This document shows positions 19,101-32,504 of a stretch of 64,000 nt of DNA, in pieces (the first letter of the stretch is position 1; each line of letters starts with the position of its first letter). The notes below the pieces were generated by a model. It worked only from the letters and a program-made list of their open reading frames with translations, ran no database searches and was not told the origin of the DNA. A program made the translations under genes and the position numbers. The stretch lies in assembly GCA_012295275.1 (NCBI GenBank), contig CM022670.1, positions 39,308,001 to 39,372,000 on the forward strand, in the 5' to 3' direction. The DNA comes from Chrysomallon squamiferum (Eukaryota; Animalia; Mollusca).

Positions 19101-20165
19101 TTTTTAAAAAAGAATTGGGACGTTAAAAATACGTTGGTAGACCTGCTACCTCACATTCAAATTGTCGACAGTTTTATTTTATTGAAAACAAACTTTGTTA
19201 TAATGGATCATTTATAGAGGACCTACCTGGATAAAGAAACAACATAATCTGTTAATGTTTGTATTTGAAGCAGACAGAAGGATTTTGCCAGGGTAGAAAC
19301 TAAATTTTTGTCTTCATTTTGCAGCTGGAGACATGTCTTCTTACTGAATGTGGTTCTCATTGGAATCTGTATCCTCTTTGCTGTCTTTCTACCACACATA
19401 GGAAAAATAATCGGGTATGTTACGAAAAAGATTTTAAATGCACTCCAAATAAAAATATTTTATTCTTCAGTAAAACGTTATGTTTGATATATATAGTTTT
19501 AATTTAATACATATTGATCAAGCAGATTGTAATGTTATTTATAGCATAAATTGCAAAATGAATGTAATAATTTACTAAACTAAGGTTTATTTTTTATCAT
19601 CTTTATTCCTTAATACTTTACTTTTCAAATGAAGCCTTCCATAACTTATTGGAGAAAACAGGTCTGAGGAATCATGGGCTATGTGGTCAGTCTATTGCAG
19701 TTTACCCATTCAGTTATTTCTCATTACAACCTGAGTCTCACATTTGGCTTATCAAAGCAATGATATGGTTTTACTCTTTGGGAAGATAGATAGATATAGG
19801 ATATTCCTTTCTGCTAATGAATAATAATAACCCCAACTGGTTGTGGAGGTGTATTTACCCTCTCATTTGTAAAAAAACCACAAACAACAACAATTTATAC
19901 TCACAAAAATAAAATTTCCATTAAAATATATGTACTTGAGAGATTTAACTACAACTTTTTTTCTTTTTCTTTCTTTGTTTCCAGCTTTGTTGGTGCCTTC
20001 TGTGGTTTAATATATGCTATAGCTTTGCCTTGTTTAGTGTATCTCAAGTTCTGCTACCTTAGAGGAACACTGTCATGGCCCAAAATTGTGATACATTCCT
20101 TCCTTATTTTGATTGGAACTGCCAACTTCATTGGCCAGTTTTTGATACTAGGTCATACAACCTAG
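12687..20165 (+). CDS. SLC38A9: Sodium-coupled neutral amino acid transporter 9 (SLC38A9), 15 coding exons, about 537 aa
   Basis: Exons 12687-12724, 12914-12973, 13298-13439, 13924-14009, 14353-14416, 14654-14747, 15133-15303, 15601-15657, 15920-16084, 16491-16595, 17433-17539, 18356-18460, 18831-18979, 19325-19414, 19985-20165 join in phase (1614 nt). Family signatures: N-terminal RRP.H / RYKYYTRL / PDHVVP, TM1 [29 protein letters not shown], multiple hydrophobic TM segments. Confidence 0.94.
12914..12973 (+). CDS. SLC38A9: SLC38A9 coding exon 2
   Basis: 60-nt phase 2-2 open exon, TAG acceptor, AG|GTAATT donor. Confidence 0.7.
13298..13439 (+). CDS. SLC38A9: SLC38A9 coding exon 3 (N-terminal Rag-binding region)
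   Basis: RPIHHYNI...RYKYYTRLTP. Confidence 0.9.
13924..14009 (+). CDS. SLC38A9: SLC38A9 coding exon 4
   Basis: QMPDHVVP...QNSIVT; tandem TAGCAG acceptor. Confidence 0.9.
14353..14416 (+). CDS. SLC38A9: SLC38A9 coding exon 5 (TM1 WNTMMGTS)
   Basis: [21 protein letters not shown]. Confidence 0.95.
14654..14747 (+). CDS. SLC38A9: SLC38A9 coding exon 6
   Basis: AGFACGISMLIGMAGLMLYTSYRILKS. Confidence 0.9.
15133..15303 (+). CDS. SLC38A9: SLC38A9 coding exon 7
   Basis: EFSDVCRHYFGKW...VYWILMSNFLF. Confidence 0.92.
15601..15657 (+). CDS. SLC38A9: SLC38A9 coding exon 8 (luminal loop)
   Basis: Phase 1-1 open exon KVHPTRDSTPLMNSSDFS with an N-x-S sequon; donor GTCAGT. Confidence 0.7.
15920..16084 (+). 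CDS. SLC38A9: SLC38A9 coding exon 9
   Basis: VCP...[29 protein letters not shown]. Confidence 0.93.
16491..16595 (+). CDS. SLC38A9: SLC38A9 coding exon 10
   Basis: TLSVAYLVSFVIVKASHWGINIDF. Confidence 0.9.
17070..17426. repeat. ~31-34-nt minisatellite, about 11 copies, abutting an SLC38A9 acceptor
   Basis: TTATTTTGAAACA..A.GTAATTATTTATATAAA units ending about 6 nt before the exon at 17433. Confidence 0.9.
17433..17539 (+). CDS. SLC38A9: SLC38A9 coding exon 11
   Basis: FPAITGIAALAYFIQNSVTSICRNQKHPEHN. Confidence 0.92.
18356..18460 (+). CDS. SLC38A9: SLC38A9 coding exon 12
   Basis: VRDLTIAYILVAATYIFVG...KKCVQD. Confidence 0.93.
18831..18979 (+). CDS. SLC38A9: SLC38A9 coding exon 13
   Basis: NLLNN...ARIGLFFQMSCVFPLLFYIFRVQ. 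Confidence 0.92.
19325..19414 (+). CDS. SLC38A9: SLC38A9 coding exon 14
   Basis: WRHVFLLNVVLIGICILFAVFLPHIGKII. Confidence 0.9.
19700..19865 (+). mobile_element. Degraded SINE-like fragment, last SLC38A9 intron
   Basis: CCCATTCAGTTATTTCTCATTACAACC...TGGCTTATCAAAGCAATGATATG...TGGGAAGAT...ATATAGGATATTCCTTTCTGCTAAT; similar to the 53468-53572 copy. Confidence 0.45.
19985..20165 (+). CDS. SLC38A9: SLC38A9 terminal coding exon
   Basis: FVGAFCGL...HSFLILIGTANFIGQF...TT* (TAG 20163-20165). Confidence 0.92.
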
Positions 20166-20581
20166 ATTTGTGACTTTCTGTGTGATAGTGCATGTAGATT
20201 GTGATTTAAAATATTTTATGTGTTTTTTTAAGATCTTACTGTTACTTTTAATCACTTTTAAAATGATAACAGATTTATATTTTGATGGGTTTTTAAGATG
20301 TGCTACTAAAATGAAGGTGTGAAAGATTTGCTTGTTAATTTAAAGCCAAAAGTTATAATTGGTTTTGACAAGTTATAAAAAGATAACAAAAAAAAGAAAA
20401 AGAAATGACTTATTACTGGAAGTGTATTAAATATAAATATGTGAAAATTTTGGTATTATCAGGGATAAATGTTTTGTTGTATAATAAAATTTACATTTGA
20501 TTTAACCCAAATTATATGTAAGATTATTTTTAAAAGTAAAGTAAATTATAGAAAAATATTAATTAAAATTTTATTACTGAT

Positions 20582-20614
<33 letters not shown>

Positions 20615-21782
20615 TGAAATTCATTTTATACTAGAATCATGTTTACTTTGTTTATATTCACCTACACTGATGTCTCAAAACCTTTACAGACTTGTCACCA
20701 TGGTTACAGGTACTGGAGACCTGTTTTTACACAATATTTACATTTTTTACATATTTTATTTATTTATTTATTATTATTTTTTTTGTTTGTTTGAGGGTAA
20801 TCTTTTAACATATTAATCTTATACAAAAATGCCCTCTGTTTGTAATCAAATTTTTTACAAAACTTGACACATTATGGTCCTCGGCATACATTAAAAACTT
20901 TAAAGAACCCCTTCCTCTAGATACAAGCCTTGCTCTTCTAATAAACTAACTTAACCAAGGTGACCAAGTCTGTAAAGCTTATTATGTGTATTAGAGTTTT
21001 TCTCAAAAACAGGATGTTACCTTATATCAGATGTACATTAGGGAATTGTTAGTTTTACCATTTTTAGTTTAAAATACTTGTTTCGTTATTTCTCTTTATT
21101 ATCTCATAGTAGTTTTCTCAAGGAATTTTTCATCGAATAATCATTCCTATTGTTTAGTACTTATATATAGTTTTTCATATACCATCAATCCAAACTCAAT
21201 TTCATTTATTGTCTTTATTTATTACAATGTTTTTAACATCCATATCTTTCTGTATTTTATTTTACTCTTTACATATCTAATTATTTTGCAGTCATAATTT
21301 GCTTTGAATTACATGTGTCTTTTTAATTATTGTATATCTTAAATGTATACAATATAACATATTACTTTTATAATATAAATATTAATGTGTTGAAATATTT
21401 TAAAAGATCAGTTTATTTTAACATAATGTATTTTATTATAAATAAATAAAAATAAAAAACCTTTCATATCAATTTGTTGTCTTTTTTTTATTTAATTCAG
21501 AATATCAGTATTGGAAACTAAAACAAAATAGAAATATTTATTTATTATTGTAACCTGCTAAAGGGTTTCATGATAAAATGGGAAGGATCAGATGTTTGTT
21601 TAGAAATTTGATTTATTAGCTGGTTTTAACTTTCCCCCTTATTGTTAGCAAAAACTGATAATAATGCACAACATATAAAACAGTCACTTCAAAGTAATGT
21701 AATTTATACCAGCACAGGTACTTAAATTTTTTTAATTAGCAGTGTGATCAAAAAGGTGGAGATGTTTTAGGTAGGAAATAGA

Positions 21783-21827
<45 letters not shown>

Positions 21828-22089
21828 TAAATGATGATTTTTTTTGAGTGGGGAATGCATTTGAATTTATTTTCATGTCTCGTATAATAATAATAGTTGT
21901 TACTACTTTCTGTTTTAAATTTAAAAATAACAATTTATTATTTTATAAAAAAAAAGGTTTAAATATATATTTATATGATAAGATAAAGTCAAATAACAAA
22001 GAAAACCTTTAAGAAGAAAAATTCTAAAATAATAAAAGCTAATAATATTATAATACACTTTTAATAATCGTATGGTGAGATAACAAATA

Positions 22090-22430
22090 GCAATCCGGAA
22101 ACAATTCGCACGTGTGCTATGTATGTAGGTGAACTTTTCACATTTGACCCATGCATAATTAATGAGGTGTGACCCCATTTGCCAAAAGGTTTGTGAGGCC
22201 AGTGGGCCAGCCGGTAGTTCCGAAATCCGTTAATTATGTCACTGAGAAGTCCTGTAGCTGCACGTGGTAAGTGAAAAATATTATTTTTTGTGCAAACACA
22301 CGTGAAAAGTACAGTTTAATAAATTAATTCGTGCAGAACAGCTGTTTCATGCAATTAGAGCAACATGTGCAGCGGAAATAATGGCGGCCTAGTTGTAAAC
22401 AAATGCCAACGCTGGAATGTTTACATCGGT
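22090..22430 (+). promoter_or_regulatory. Probable dystrobrevin promoter / non-coding first exon
   Basis: CpG-rich patch; CACGTG at 22109, 22261, 22299; YY1-like AATAATGGCGGC near 22377-22388; donor GTG|GTAAGT at 22266/22267. Confidence 0.55.
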
Positions 22431-25400
22431 TTAAAATACTAATCAGTTGTATTATACTGCTTTTGACGTAATTTTCAGAGACCTTTAGAAAATTAGTATT
22501 ATTTTTAAAAAAATACAAAAACATGTATACAATGAAAAAATTAAATTATTTTTTAACAGAAAGTTTGTTTGCTGAAGAAGTTACGCAGTAACTTGTGGGA
22601 CAAATTACTTTCTTAGTTTCTATCGTCTTGTATCGATAGAATTCAAAGAATGGGCCATGGAGTTATTAACTGTTATTAGTATTATGCTATTGTTAAAGGG
22701 ATGTAACAATCATCATTCTGAGTGTCTTTTTAATATATTTTCATACCGTAAATGTATTTAAATATAAACATTAATCATTAATGTATGAAAATGTTTATTT
22801 ATTTTTTTAAAATTAATTCACTGTTTCACTATAAACTAGCATTACATAATTAAAAAACCCCACTGAGAATGCGAATTCTAAAAGAGAAAAATTATGCCTT
22901 TGTTTAAATACATTCATTATTTAATAAGTCTTTGAAAATAATGATTTGTATTGTAATTTTAAAATATTTATTTGTATTGTAATTTTAAAATATTTATTTG
23001 TTTTCATTTATAATTACAAAATATACATTCCATAGTGAATATACACAATTAAGATAAATTATTTGGCTTCAGCTTTGTATAAAAATTGTTTAACACCCCA
23101 CCAAAAAAAAAAAAAAACAAAGGACCCATACACCCCCCCAAACCCAAAACATTGTTCAGTTTTCATATATAATTATTTAAAGAATATATTATTTATATAC
23201 ATAAATAGTTGAAAACAAACATTAAAATATATAGAAAAATAGCAATAGAATTTGCTAACTTTTAAATTTATTTTATCATATCTTTTTATTAACCCTTTTC
23301 AGATTCCTTAATTGTTTGTATTAAGAAAAATATAAAAGTAAAAATTATATAAATTCATTTAATAACACAGTGATTCATAATATTACTAAGACTTTTCAAA
23401 TATAATGTTTCGAGATATTTTAATACCAATCAGTAACCCATTACCAAAAATCTGAAAAGCCTGAGAAACAACACATTTAAAATTTTATTTTTTTTTTAAT
23501 GAAATAATTTTTTTTTCATGGGTATATATTATTTTAATTTTTATAATTATATGCTACAAATTTTACCTAAAATATCAACTTAACTGCAAGTTTTTAAGGT
23601 GTTGAATGTTTTATGTTTATACACTATCCTTGTGATAAGAATCAAGTTATATTGATGTTAATATTAAAATATGATTTTATAATAAATAGTGATGTAATAT
23701 CTAAATATGAAATATGAAACAATTAACAGGAAGGAATTTGAAATATTTCCCTTAAACAGGAATATACCAAGGCCTATTATAGGTTGGAATAGGATATGCT
23801 AAAATAGTTTCATATATTAATAATATTACTGAATATAAAGATAATTAAAAAAAAAAATTAAAATGTGGATAGATAAAGAATTGAAATTTGTTAAAGGTTA
23901 CTCTTGTAATTGTATATGTATAAACGTGTGTGTGTGTGTGTGTATGTATATTCATTTTGTTAACATTTACAACCTTTATATTTGTTACTTTATTGTGACC
24001 ATTGATTTTATGTTGGTTGCTTTTTATTGTGAGTTTTGGTTCATAATTATATTTTTTTAAAACATTGTTTTTATAGATTTTTAATTTTACATTACATTTT
24101 TTTTTTTTCAGTTTTGTAATTTATTTATTTTTAGTTTTTAGATTATAATTCATTTGAGCATATTTTATTTAGCAGAATTGTTTTTTGTTGTTTGTTTGTT
24201 TTAAATTTATTATTATTAAAACAATTACCAAATTACCACAATAATAATTCAACATAAAAAAAAAATATATATATATTTTATTATTTTCGTCTATAAGTAA
24301 AAACAACCACCCCCAATTACCATAATAATAAAGAGAAAAAAAAAAAAAAAAAAAATTACAAAACAATGCATTATTGCTATATCATTCTGACTAAGAGGTC
24401 AGTATTGTGTCAAGAAATATTTTAATATTGAATCTTGTGTTTGTGCTCACCGAACTGTGCAGGGTATCATAGGGTATCTAGTTGGCTGTGTGCTGTGCTG
24501 TCAACTAAAGTTAGCCCAAGACTTTACAGCTTATCAAAGACAAATACAAAACAGATCTCAGGTAGCACTTGTTTCATTTATACTAAGATTAACATTCAGC
24601 TGGCCAATTTGTTTATTGGGGAAAAAAAAATAAAAAAAAAATGTTTTTCTTTTGATCTTTTATTGCTCTGTTATGAGAAATTAAATTTATGCAAAATAAT
24701 TGATATTTTTTGTTTTATTGTTTTATATACATGCATGATGCATGTAGTTTTTGTTTTGTTTTTGTGTATATGCAAATCTTTTTGTTTTGAGTGTGTGTAT
24801 GTGTATATGTGTGTAAGCATGTTTTTATGTATATATATATGTACTTATGTATGTATATATGAATGAATGTATGTATATATGAATGAATGTATGTATGTGT
24901 GTATGTCTGTGATATGTATTAAAATGATTAACTTCGGTTCTGTAAAATATATATTAATATAAAATATATATTAATTTATTACCATAAACGACCATCCTTA
25001 TATGCTCAAGTCATGTTTTGTTCTTTAACAGCATATAAAACCACCTTGAAGATTTCATTTTCTTGCCTGCAACAAGACTTGCCATTTTCTTGCCTGCAAT
25101 TACACAGTGTATTGACTTTTTAAACTATTGATTAAAAATGTGTCAACTGGCGTGTCTTTAATTAAGGGAGACAAGCAAATTATTTTATGATTTACAGCCC
25201 AGCACTTCAGTTGTTTCCCTTGATCTATTGATCTGCCATTAGCATAAATCTGTTAGAATTTGCCCCTACCGGTAGCTTGGGTCAGGATGATAGTCCTGCC
25301 GAGAGAAAGCAACCAGTTTGAATCAATCGTGTTTTTAACGGATCTTTTAAACACTGATTCCGTAATGGCCGCCTGACAGCCGATGACATGCTATTGATTA

Positions 25401-28123
25401 ATCGGACACCGTTTGAGCTGGCATTGAGCTGACTTCCTCGACATGTGATGTTCTGTCTGAGGTTCCTGTGACCTGGACGCTATTAGTCATACCTTGAAGA
25501 AGATCACTTTGCCTGCAATGTGTTGGAATAACCAAAAAAAAAAGAAAATGGTCTAGGATTTCTTGGATGACTGATGTAGGTAGAACACTTGTTCTTCTAG
25601 CAAGATGCTTTTCTTTTAGATAATGTTTACACTGTAGTTATCTGTGATAATTTGTATAGTTTTTCATTATGTTTTATTATTATTAATTTCTTTTTATAAT
25701 TAAACCCCCTACCAGAAAACAAAAAGAAACCCACATTAAAATTTATACAGATATATATATATATATGTGGAGTAATTTCTCATAAATAATTCTGAGGTGA
25801 GTATGTCAGTGTTATTACTATCATAATATTATTGTTATCTGATACAGAAGCTAGAAAGCTGGTGAACAGTAGTATGTATTCAGATTTTTCTACTGAGATG
25901 ACATTGATTATTTTATTCAAAGAGTGCTTATAAGAGTACTGGCCTGATAATTAGATTGTCATCTTATCTCGGAAACACATCGCTCTAATTACAGTTTGCC
26001 AGCTTCACTTGTCTAGTGAAGGTTTTGTCTGCAAACGGTTCAGCTTCTCAGGTTGTTCTTCTCTGTGAACATTATAACTAAAATCAATCTCAACTGTCCA
26101 GCAACAACTGATGTCTTCACTCAAAACTACGTTTATTTATTTGAAAATTTGCTGTTGTGGATATATTGTTATCAACAAAAATTGCGTACCGTTCCAGTAC
26201 AGGCTGTACATGTTTTTTTAATTTTATTATTATTATTATTATTATTATTTTTTTTATTATTATTTTGTAATTCTTTTAATCTGTTTTAATTCAGGTGAGT
26301 TATTTATAATACAAGTACTTTTATGAGTGTTGTTTATGGAGTGTGTGTGGGCGTGTAAGTATGTAAGTGCTTGCTTGTGTGTATATGGATGGATGGAAGT
26401 ATAAAAACTGAAAAGAATTAGATGTTATTTGGACCACATTAGGGGAGATGACTGGCTGTAAAGTATTGTAATGTGGACTTCTGGCATCTGCACAGCAATA
26501 TAATTCAAATTACGTCAGTGATGTTGGACAGATGCTTATTAAATACATACATTTGGCAGTCTGTACTAGGAATTAACACACTTTAAGAATGTAAAGCATT
26601 TTATCTTGACTTTTATGGTGGTCCTTTTCCTGAAATTGCAAACATTTTCTTGGCAGTCTTTTAGATATTATCATAGTCTGTAATTTCAAGCAGGAAATAT
26701 TAAATAACTTCGAATCAAGGCGGAAAAGAATTTTTTTTTGTTATAGTTCATTTAGTAAGTTTATAATTTGATTGATGACAGTGCACATGTGCAGTATAGT
26801 ATATGTATTTGGAATAGATAAAAAGTAATGACAGATCAAATGTTTACGAGGACTTTGCAAATACTTGTGACAGTGTGTGCACACTCCTTCAAGATATTAT
26901 CCTGTTAATTTTTCTGGCATGTAAAAGTTATTAAATTATAATGAAATTAAAATAATTAAGAAGCATAAAAGGTTTATCCAAATCATCGATATAGTCTTCA
27001 AAACAGTTCAGGTGATTTTTGTATCAAAAGGAAAATGTATAAACAGTGTGAATGGATGTTCGAACAGAAAGTTAAAAGAAGTTAAAACGTGATATCATTG
27101 ATATCATTTATCAAGTTTATACGAGAAAATAAAATATTCTTGCTGATATTCCAAGTAATTCAAGAGACCAGATCATTTGCAAAGTTATGTGCTCATTCCA
27201 TCGTGAGTTATTTCATAATTTATTGCTCGTTTTGCTAATTCCAGTTTATTTTAACATTTTCTTTCATGCAGCTTTCTAGACCGAGAGTTACTGTGTAATT
27301 TGTCTTCCAAATATTGCAGCCTGGTGTGATGTAATCGGGACTAGCCAGTTTGGCCACACTGCAATAAACAAACCATTGATGTCTTTTGAAGGTGGAGATC
27401 TAATTAGTAAAGTTTCTTATCTCACTAAATTGTCTCCAGACTCGACAACTGACACCAAGTGGAAGATGTATTAAAGCCAGGAACACGAAATTACTGAAGC
27501 AGTTTGTTTGAAATTGTTGCACTCCATAAACTAAACGTACAATGGTTTGATATCTCCGCTGTTTCAACACGATATTCTCTTGAAAACAGACCATTGTACG
27601 TTATGCCTATTGACAGAGATGCTTGTAAGAGATGTCTGTGGTGATGGGGTTTAATGAGTTGGCTAAAAGGAGCAGGTGATTGCCAGGTAATGATGTCTGC
27701 ACAATGGCTTCCCTGTGGTTAGGAGTGGGTGAAGACGACGATGCCAGTTGCAGATGAAGCTGTTTTTGTTTGAGGCTTGGAACTGAGTAATCATCGTGGT
27801 CATCGACGTGTGTGTTTCGTAATAGTGAAACATATGTTTCTAAAACTCTCTTCTTTTATTTGTGAGCAGCTTGAGGATATTTAACGATTGAAGTAAAATC
27901 AATGAACATTGCAGCACTAGTGGGGAAAAAAGAGACTTAAAAAAAAAAAGAAAAAAAAAAAAAGAAAAAAAAAAAAAAATCAGCATTGTGTTGTTGGTTT
28001 AACATCAGCAGAATGAGCATCAGTTAAACTGCAGGTGTTGAGTGCAAGTTGTTGAGCCGATGTAGAAGTGGCAGAACATTACAGAGTTTTTGTAATTTTC
28101 TAACATCACCAGCCTGCGACAGA

Positions 28124-28199
28124 ATGGAAACTATAACTTTTAACTCTCAGAGGTTTGCTTCAGTGATTGAGAACATCAACAAGGAACTGCAGGAGAAAG
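28124..28199 (+). CDS. Dystrobrevin candidate first coding exon ([25 protein letters not shown])
   Basis: ATG in AGAATGG context, open to AG|GTGAGA donor, phase 1 matching 38841. Confidence 0.55.
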
Positions 28200-31100
28200 G
28201 TGAGATGACTGTCAGAGTCAGATTCGTGATTTTATGTTTGTTCCTCTGCGTTGTTTGGCGTTTTTGATCTTTTTTTGAAATATATTTCTTTAAGCTGCCT
28301 TTATTTAATTTGTTGTTGTTGTTGTTAAATAAAATTTTATTTCTTCTTTATCGTTTTTGTTGTGTCTTTGTTGTGTTTTAAAAAAAAAAAAAATTATCAT
28401 TTTTATTTTTCTTCATGCCGTATTTATTTTTTGTTGTTGTTAAGTAAAATTTATGTTTCTGTGGTTTCATATTTTTATTTTCTGTTTAACTGAGTAAAAA
28501 GAGATGATGTTAATATGTTACTGATGCTGAATGTTTTAATTATTTGACAGTTTTTTTTAATTTGTATTTTTATTTTTTAAAATATTCAAAATTTTGGTTT
28601 CTGTGTTTTGGTTATATTTTAGTGACATTTCTGTTTGTTTTTGTTATTAACTAGACTGTAAGAGTAATAGATTTAAAAAAAATTGTTTTGGTATTTCAGA
28701 TACTTTCTAGTCTTATATGTTTAATCATAAATATTTCACATTTTAGTGTTTTATGGTCTTATTATAAGATTTGTAAATATTAGGTTACCAGTGAACTGTA
28801 TAGACAGATTACAAACTGAAAATAAAGCTTTCATGCAAAGAGCACAAAGTAAGAAATAAATGGAAATCTAGTAGTTTTATTCAGAATGGTTAAATATAGA
28901 TCTAAGCAATCATTCCCATTGATTTCACAATAGAGGGAAATCTTCCTTCAACTGATTTCTAATTTCTGTGTATCACTGTCTTGATTGATTTTATAAATAT
29001 CACACATCCACCATCAAAAATCTTTCAATTTGTCATGTTTAAAAAAAAAAAAAAAAAAAAAAAAAAGTTAAGAGAAGCTATGAATAATTATAACCTTTTT
29101 TTTCATTTAACATTTTTTTTTTACTGACTTCCTAAAAATAAAGTTTCACTGAAAAAAAGAAAAAAAAAACAACAACAACAATTGTATCAGAACTATATAC
29201 CTGCTATCATTTTTTATTTCCTTTTTTTCTTTTGTAGCAACTGTTGAAATATAACAAAAATTATTTATGGAAAAAAAACCTAAGAAGATTTGTTTTTACC
29301 TATCTTAAAAACAAACCAAAAATAACAACAATATTGTTTTTTTAATTATTATTATTTTTTTAACCAATTTATGCCAAAATATCTGTGTCATTTCTGTAAA
29401 AAAAAAAGAAAATTAAATTTTTTTTTGTCTGAGATAAGCTTGTATTTTGTTAACGGCTCTTGACATTAGTGTTTAGATCATACTGTAAAAAGTAACGAGT
29501 CTGCCAGATCTCTAGCACCTGGCCTCACTGTTTTAACTGCTTTCTCTTACACACCTGGAGCTTGTTTTGCCATGAAGGGTATCAGGGAAAGATAATGATG
29601 AAAGACCTAACTTTCAGTTTGTTAGCTATAGCAGAAACTTGTTCAGAACGTTACAGTATGAAATTAGACTTTTTTTTTTCCTTTAGTAAAACGTTCGTTT
29701 AATTGTTAGATCTTTCCTAGTGCTGAGACATTTTATATGTATATTAAGTCTAGAAAAATAACAGTTTTTTTTATCTTATTATTATTATTATTTTTTGTTT
29801 TGTTTTGTTTTAGTAATAATAATAATAGTACTATTAACAACAACAGTAATAATACTAATAACAACAACAATTTATAGTAATTATTTATTATTATTACTAT
29901 ATAATCCTTCTAAGATGCATGCAATTTCACAAATTTAGATTATTTAAGATAATCTGATTTGACTTCCTCTTTATTTTATTTAACTATCGTTCTGTAATAA
30001 AGTCATAGGTTTTAATTATAATAATTAATTTTTAAAGGGATTTAATTTTAATAATTGCTTTTCAAAAGAGTAAACCTTATTTTATGACCATTATCATCTT
30101 TGTCAAAGATAAATAAACTGTCTTACATCAGTGATGAATAAAGTTTAATTAACTGCCTTTAACACAGTGAAATAATTTTTTCTTGCGAGAAATTCAAAAT
30201 GTGATGATAGTGACAATACTGTTACACCATTGCTTGACTGTGAGCTAAATACATATCAAAGTATTATGAAATATTATTTGAATGGAAATGGGACAGTGTT
30301 TTCAGATGTAATATATTTAGATTTTATGCATGGAAGTACAACAGTGTTGTAAAATAACATTTGTTTAAATGTAATGGATAACACTGTTATAAAACAGCAT
30401 AGATTTAGATACAAGGTATGGAACTGAATAATGTTATATAATATTAATAGCATTTGTTTAGATGTGATATACAGGAGAACAATATTGTTATAAAATAACT
30501 AGGGTTTAGATATAATGTATGGAAATATAACAGTATTGCATAATAGCTTTTGTTTAGATGTAATATATATAGAAGAACAACATTGTTATAAAATAGAATA
30601 GGGTTTAGATATAAAGCTTGAAAGAGAACATCATATAATAGCATTTGTTTAGATGTAATATACAGAAGAACAACATTGTTATAGAATAACAGTCAGTTGT
30701 AAGAGAAGACCACTTTATTCTCAAATGCAATTTTATCACAGCATTTGCTTTGTAAGCGAAGACCACACTCTTGTGAAATGCAATTTTATACAGCATTTGC
30801 TTGGATGCTATACAATAAAACAGTATCAGCTTGCAAGGGGACAAGACCACATTGTTGTCAAAATGCTATTTTGTACAGCATTAGCTTGGATGTTAAGCAA
30901 TAAACAAACAGCTTTTTCTATGTATTGTCAGCCCAAGGCGACATATATATTATTAATGCATGCAGTTCTCCCATGGGATATTAAGGTTCGTTGTAGCATA
31001 GTATTAATATTCTGCTTAGTTAGGTAAGTTAAGAATTCAGAACGACTTGCAGTAACGAACAGTAATATATAGATTTAGCTGAAGCTAAATAATACTTGAC

Positions 31101-31440
31101 ACATGCCAAAAAATATAATGGATAAATAGAACGTGAGGTCAGATGAGTTGGTGATATGAGATAATATACATTTGTGGCTGTAAAAAGGATAAGAAGATAA
31201 ATTTAGAGAGATGGCATAATTACTTCTTTTCCTTGGTGTATTTGTTTCTCAGGAATCGCAAGAGTTTCTGTAGTACTGACATAAAAAAAAAAGTATATTG
31301 GTATTGGTTGTGTTATGTGTTTATGACCGTAGCTTATGACAGTCATTGTTTTTTATGGAGTTAGAATGGACCTTTTATGGTTTGGAGAATTAGTCTAAAT
31401 ACTTCCAGTACTAGACTAGAGTCATTAAGTTTTGATAATG

Positions 31441-31480
<40 letters not shown>

Positions 31481-32473
31481 AAAATAATTAAGGATGTATG
31501 GTTGCTGATACTAACATTTTCCCTGCTTAATATAATGATTTTTTTTGTAAGCAGAAAGGTTTTTTTTTTTTTTTTAAATAGCAAAAAGACATAAAGAACT
31601 GACAAAACTCAACACCACTCTACAACAACAATAACAACAAAAAGAAACGAAACAAAAATGATCCTGATAGACTGAGTAAATCATTGCAATATTGCCATAT
31701 CTGAACCTATAAATTTCACTCTTCCACAATGATGCATTAATGACAATGAAAAAAAAAAATATACCAACCTCAAAATATATATATATATATTTTTTTTTTG
31801 TCATTCTTTATTATTAGCAAAGGTTAGCTGCACATAACAAAACATTTTACTTGATAAGTCGAATTGACTTCATATCATTTAAACTTGAGATCTACACCAG
31901 TCTGACAGTTGACAAACATAATTTTACAAAAACGTAGCATTTGCCTTAGTGCTAATACTGTCAGTCAAAGCATTTACACTCTGGGGGCTTGATTCAGTTT
32001 ACAAGAGGTGTAGTCGAATGCATTCTAAAAAAAAAAAAAAAAAAAAAAGAATAAAAATTACACTTGACATTTATCAGTTTTATTGCAGTAATTTTGTCTG
32101 GCTATCTATTACGTGAGACCCCCTCACCAGTAGGTATTGCATTGATTGTGAAGTACGGCTGGCACAGTTTGAGTCAATTAGTGTTTTAACAAAGACTATG
32201 CAATGTAGAGTCAGAATAATCAGTTACTGGGGACTCACTGACAGCATAATGATCTATTTATTGCTAAACTACAGACTACCCAGTTTACAGTGCGCTTGCA
32301 GTTGTGTAACAGTCATTAGTAGGACAACAATCAGTCATTAGTAACACAACAACCAACCATCAAAACAGATTTTTCTTTGTACCAGTTGGACATTAAATAT
32401 AATGTAGGATACATTATTGTTGTCTTGTCATAGGGCCCTGACAGAAATAAAAAAATAAAAAAATTAAAAAAAA

Positions 32474-32504
<31 letters not shown>

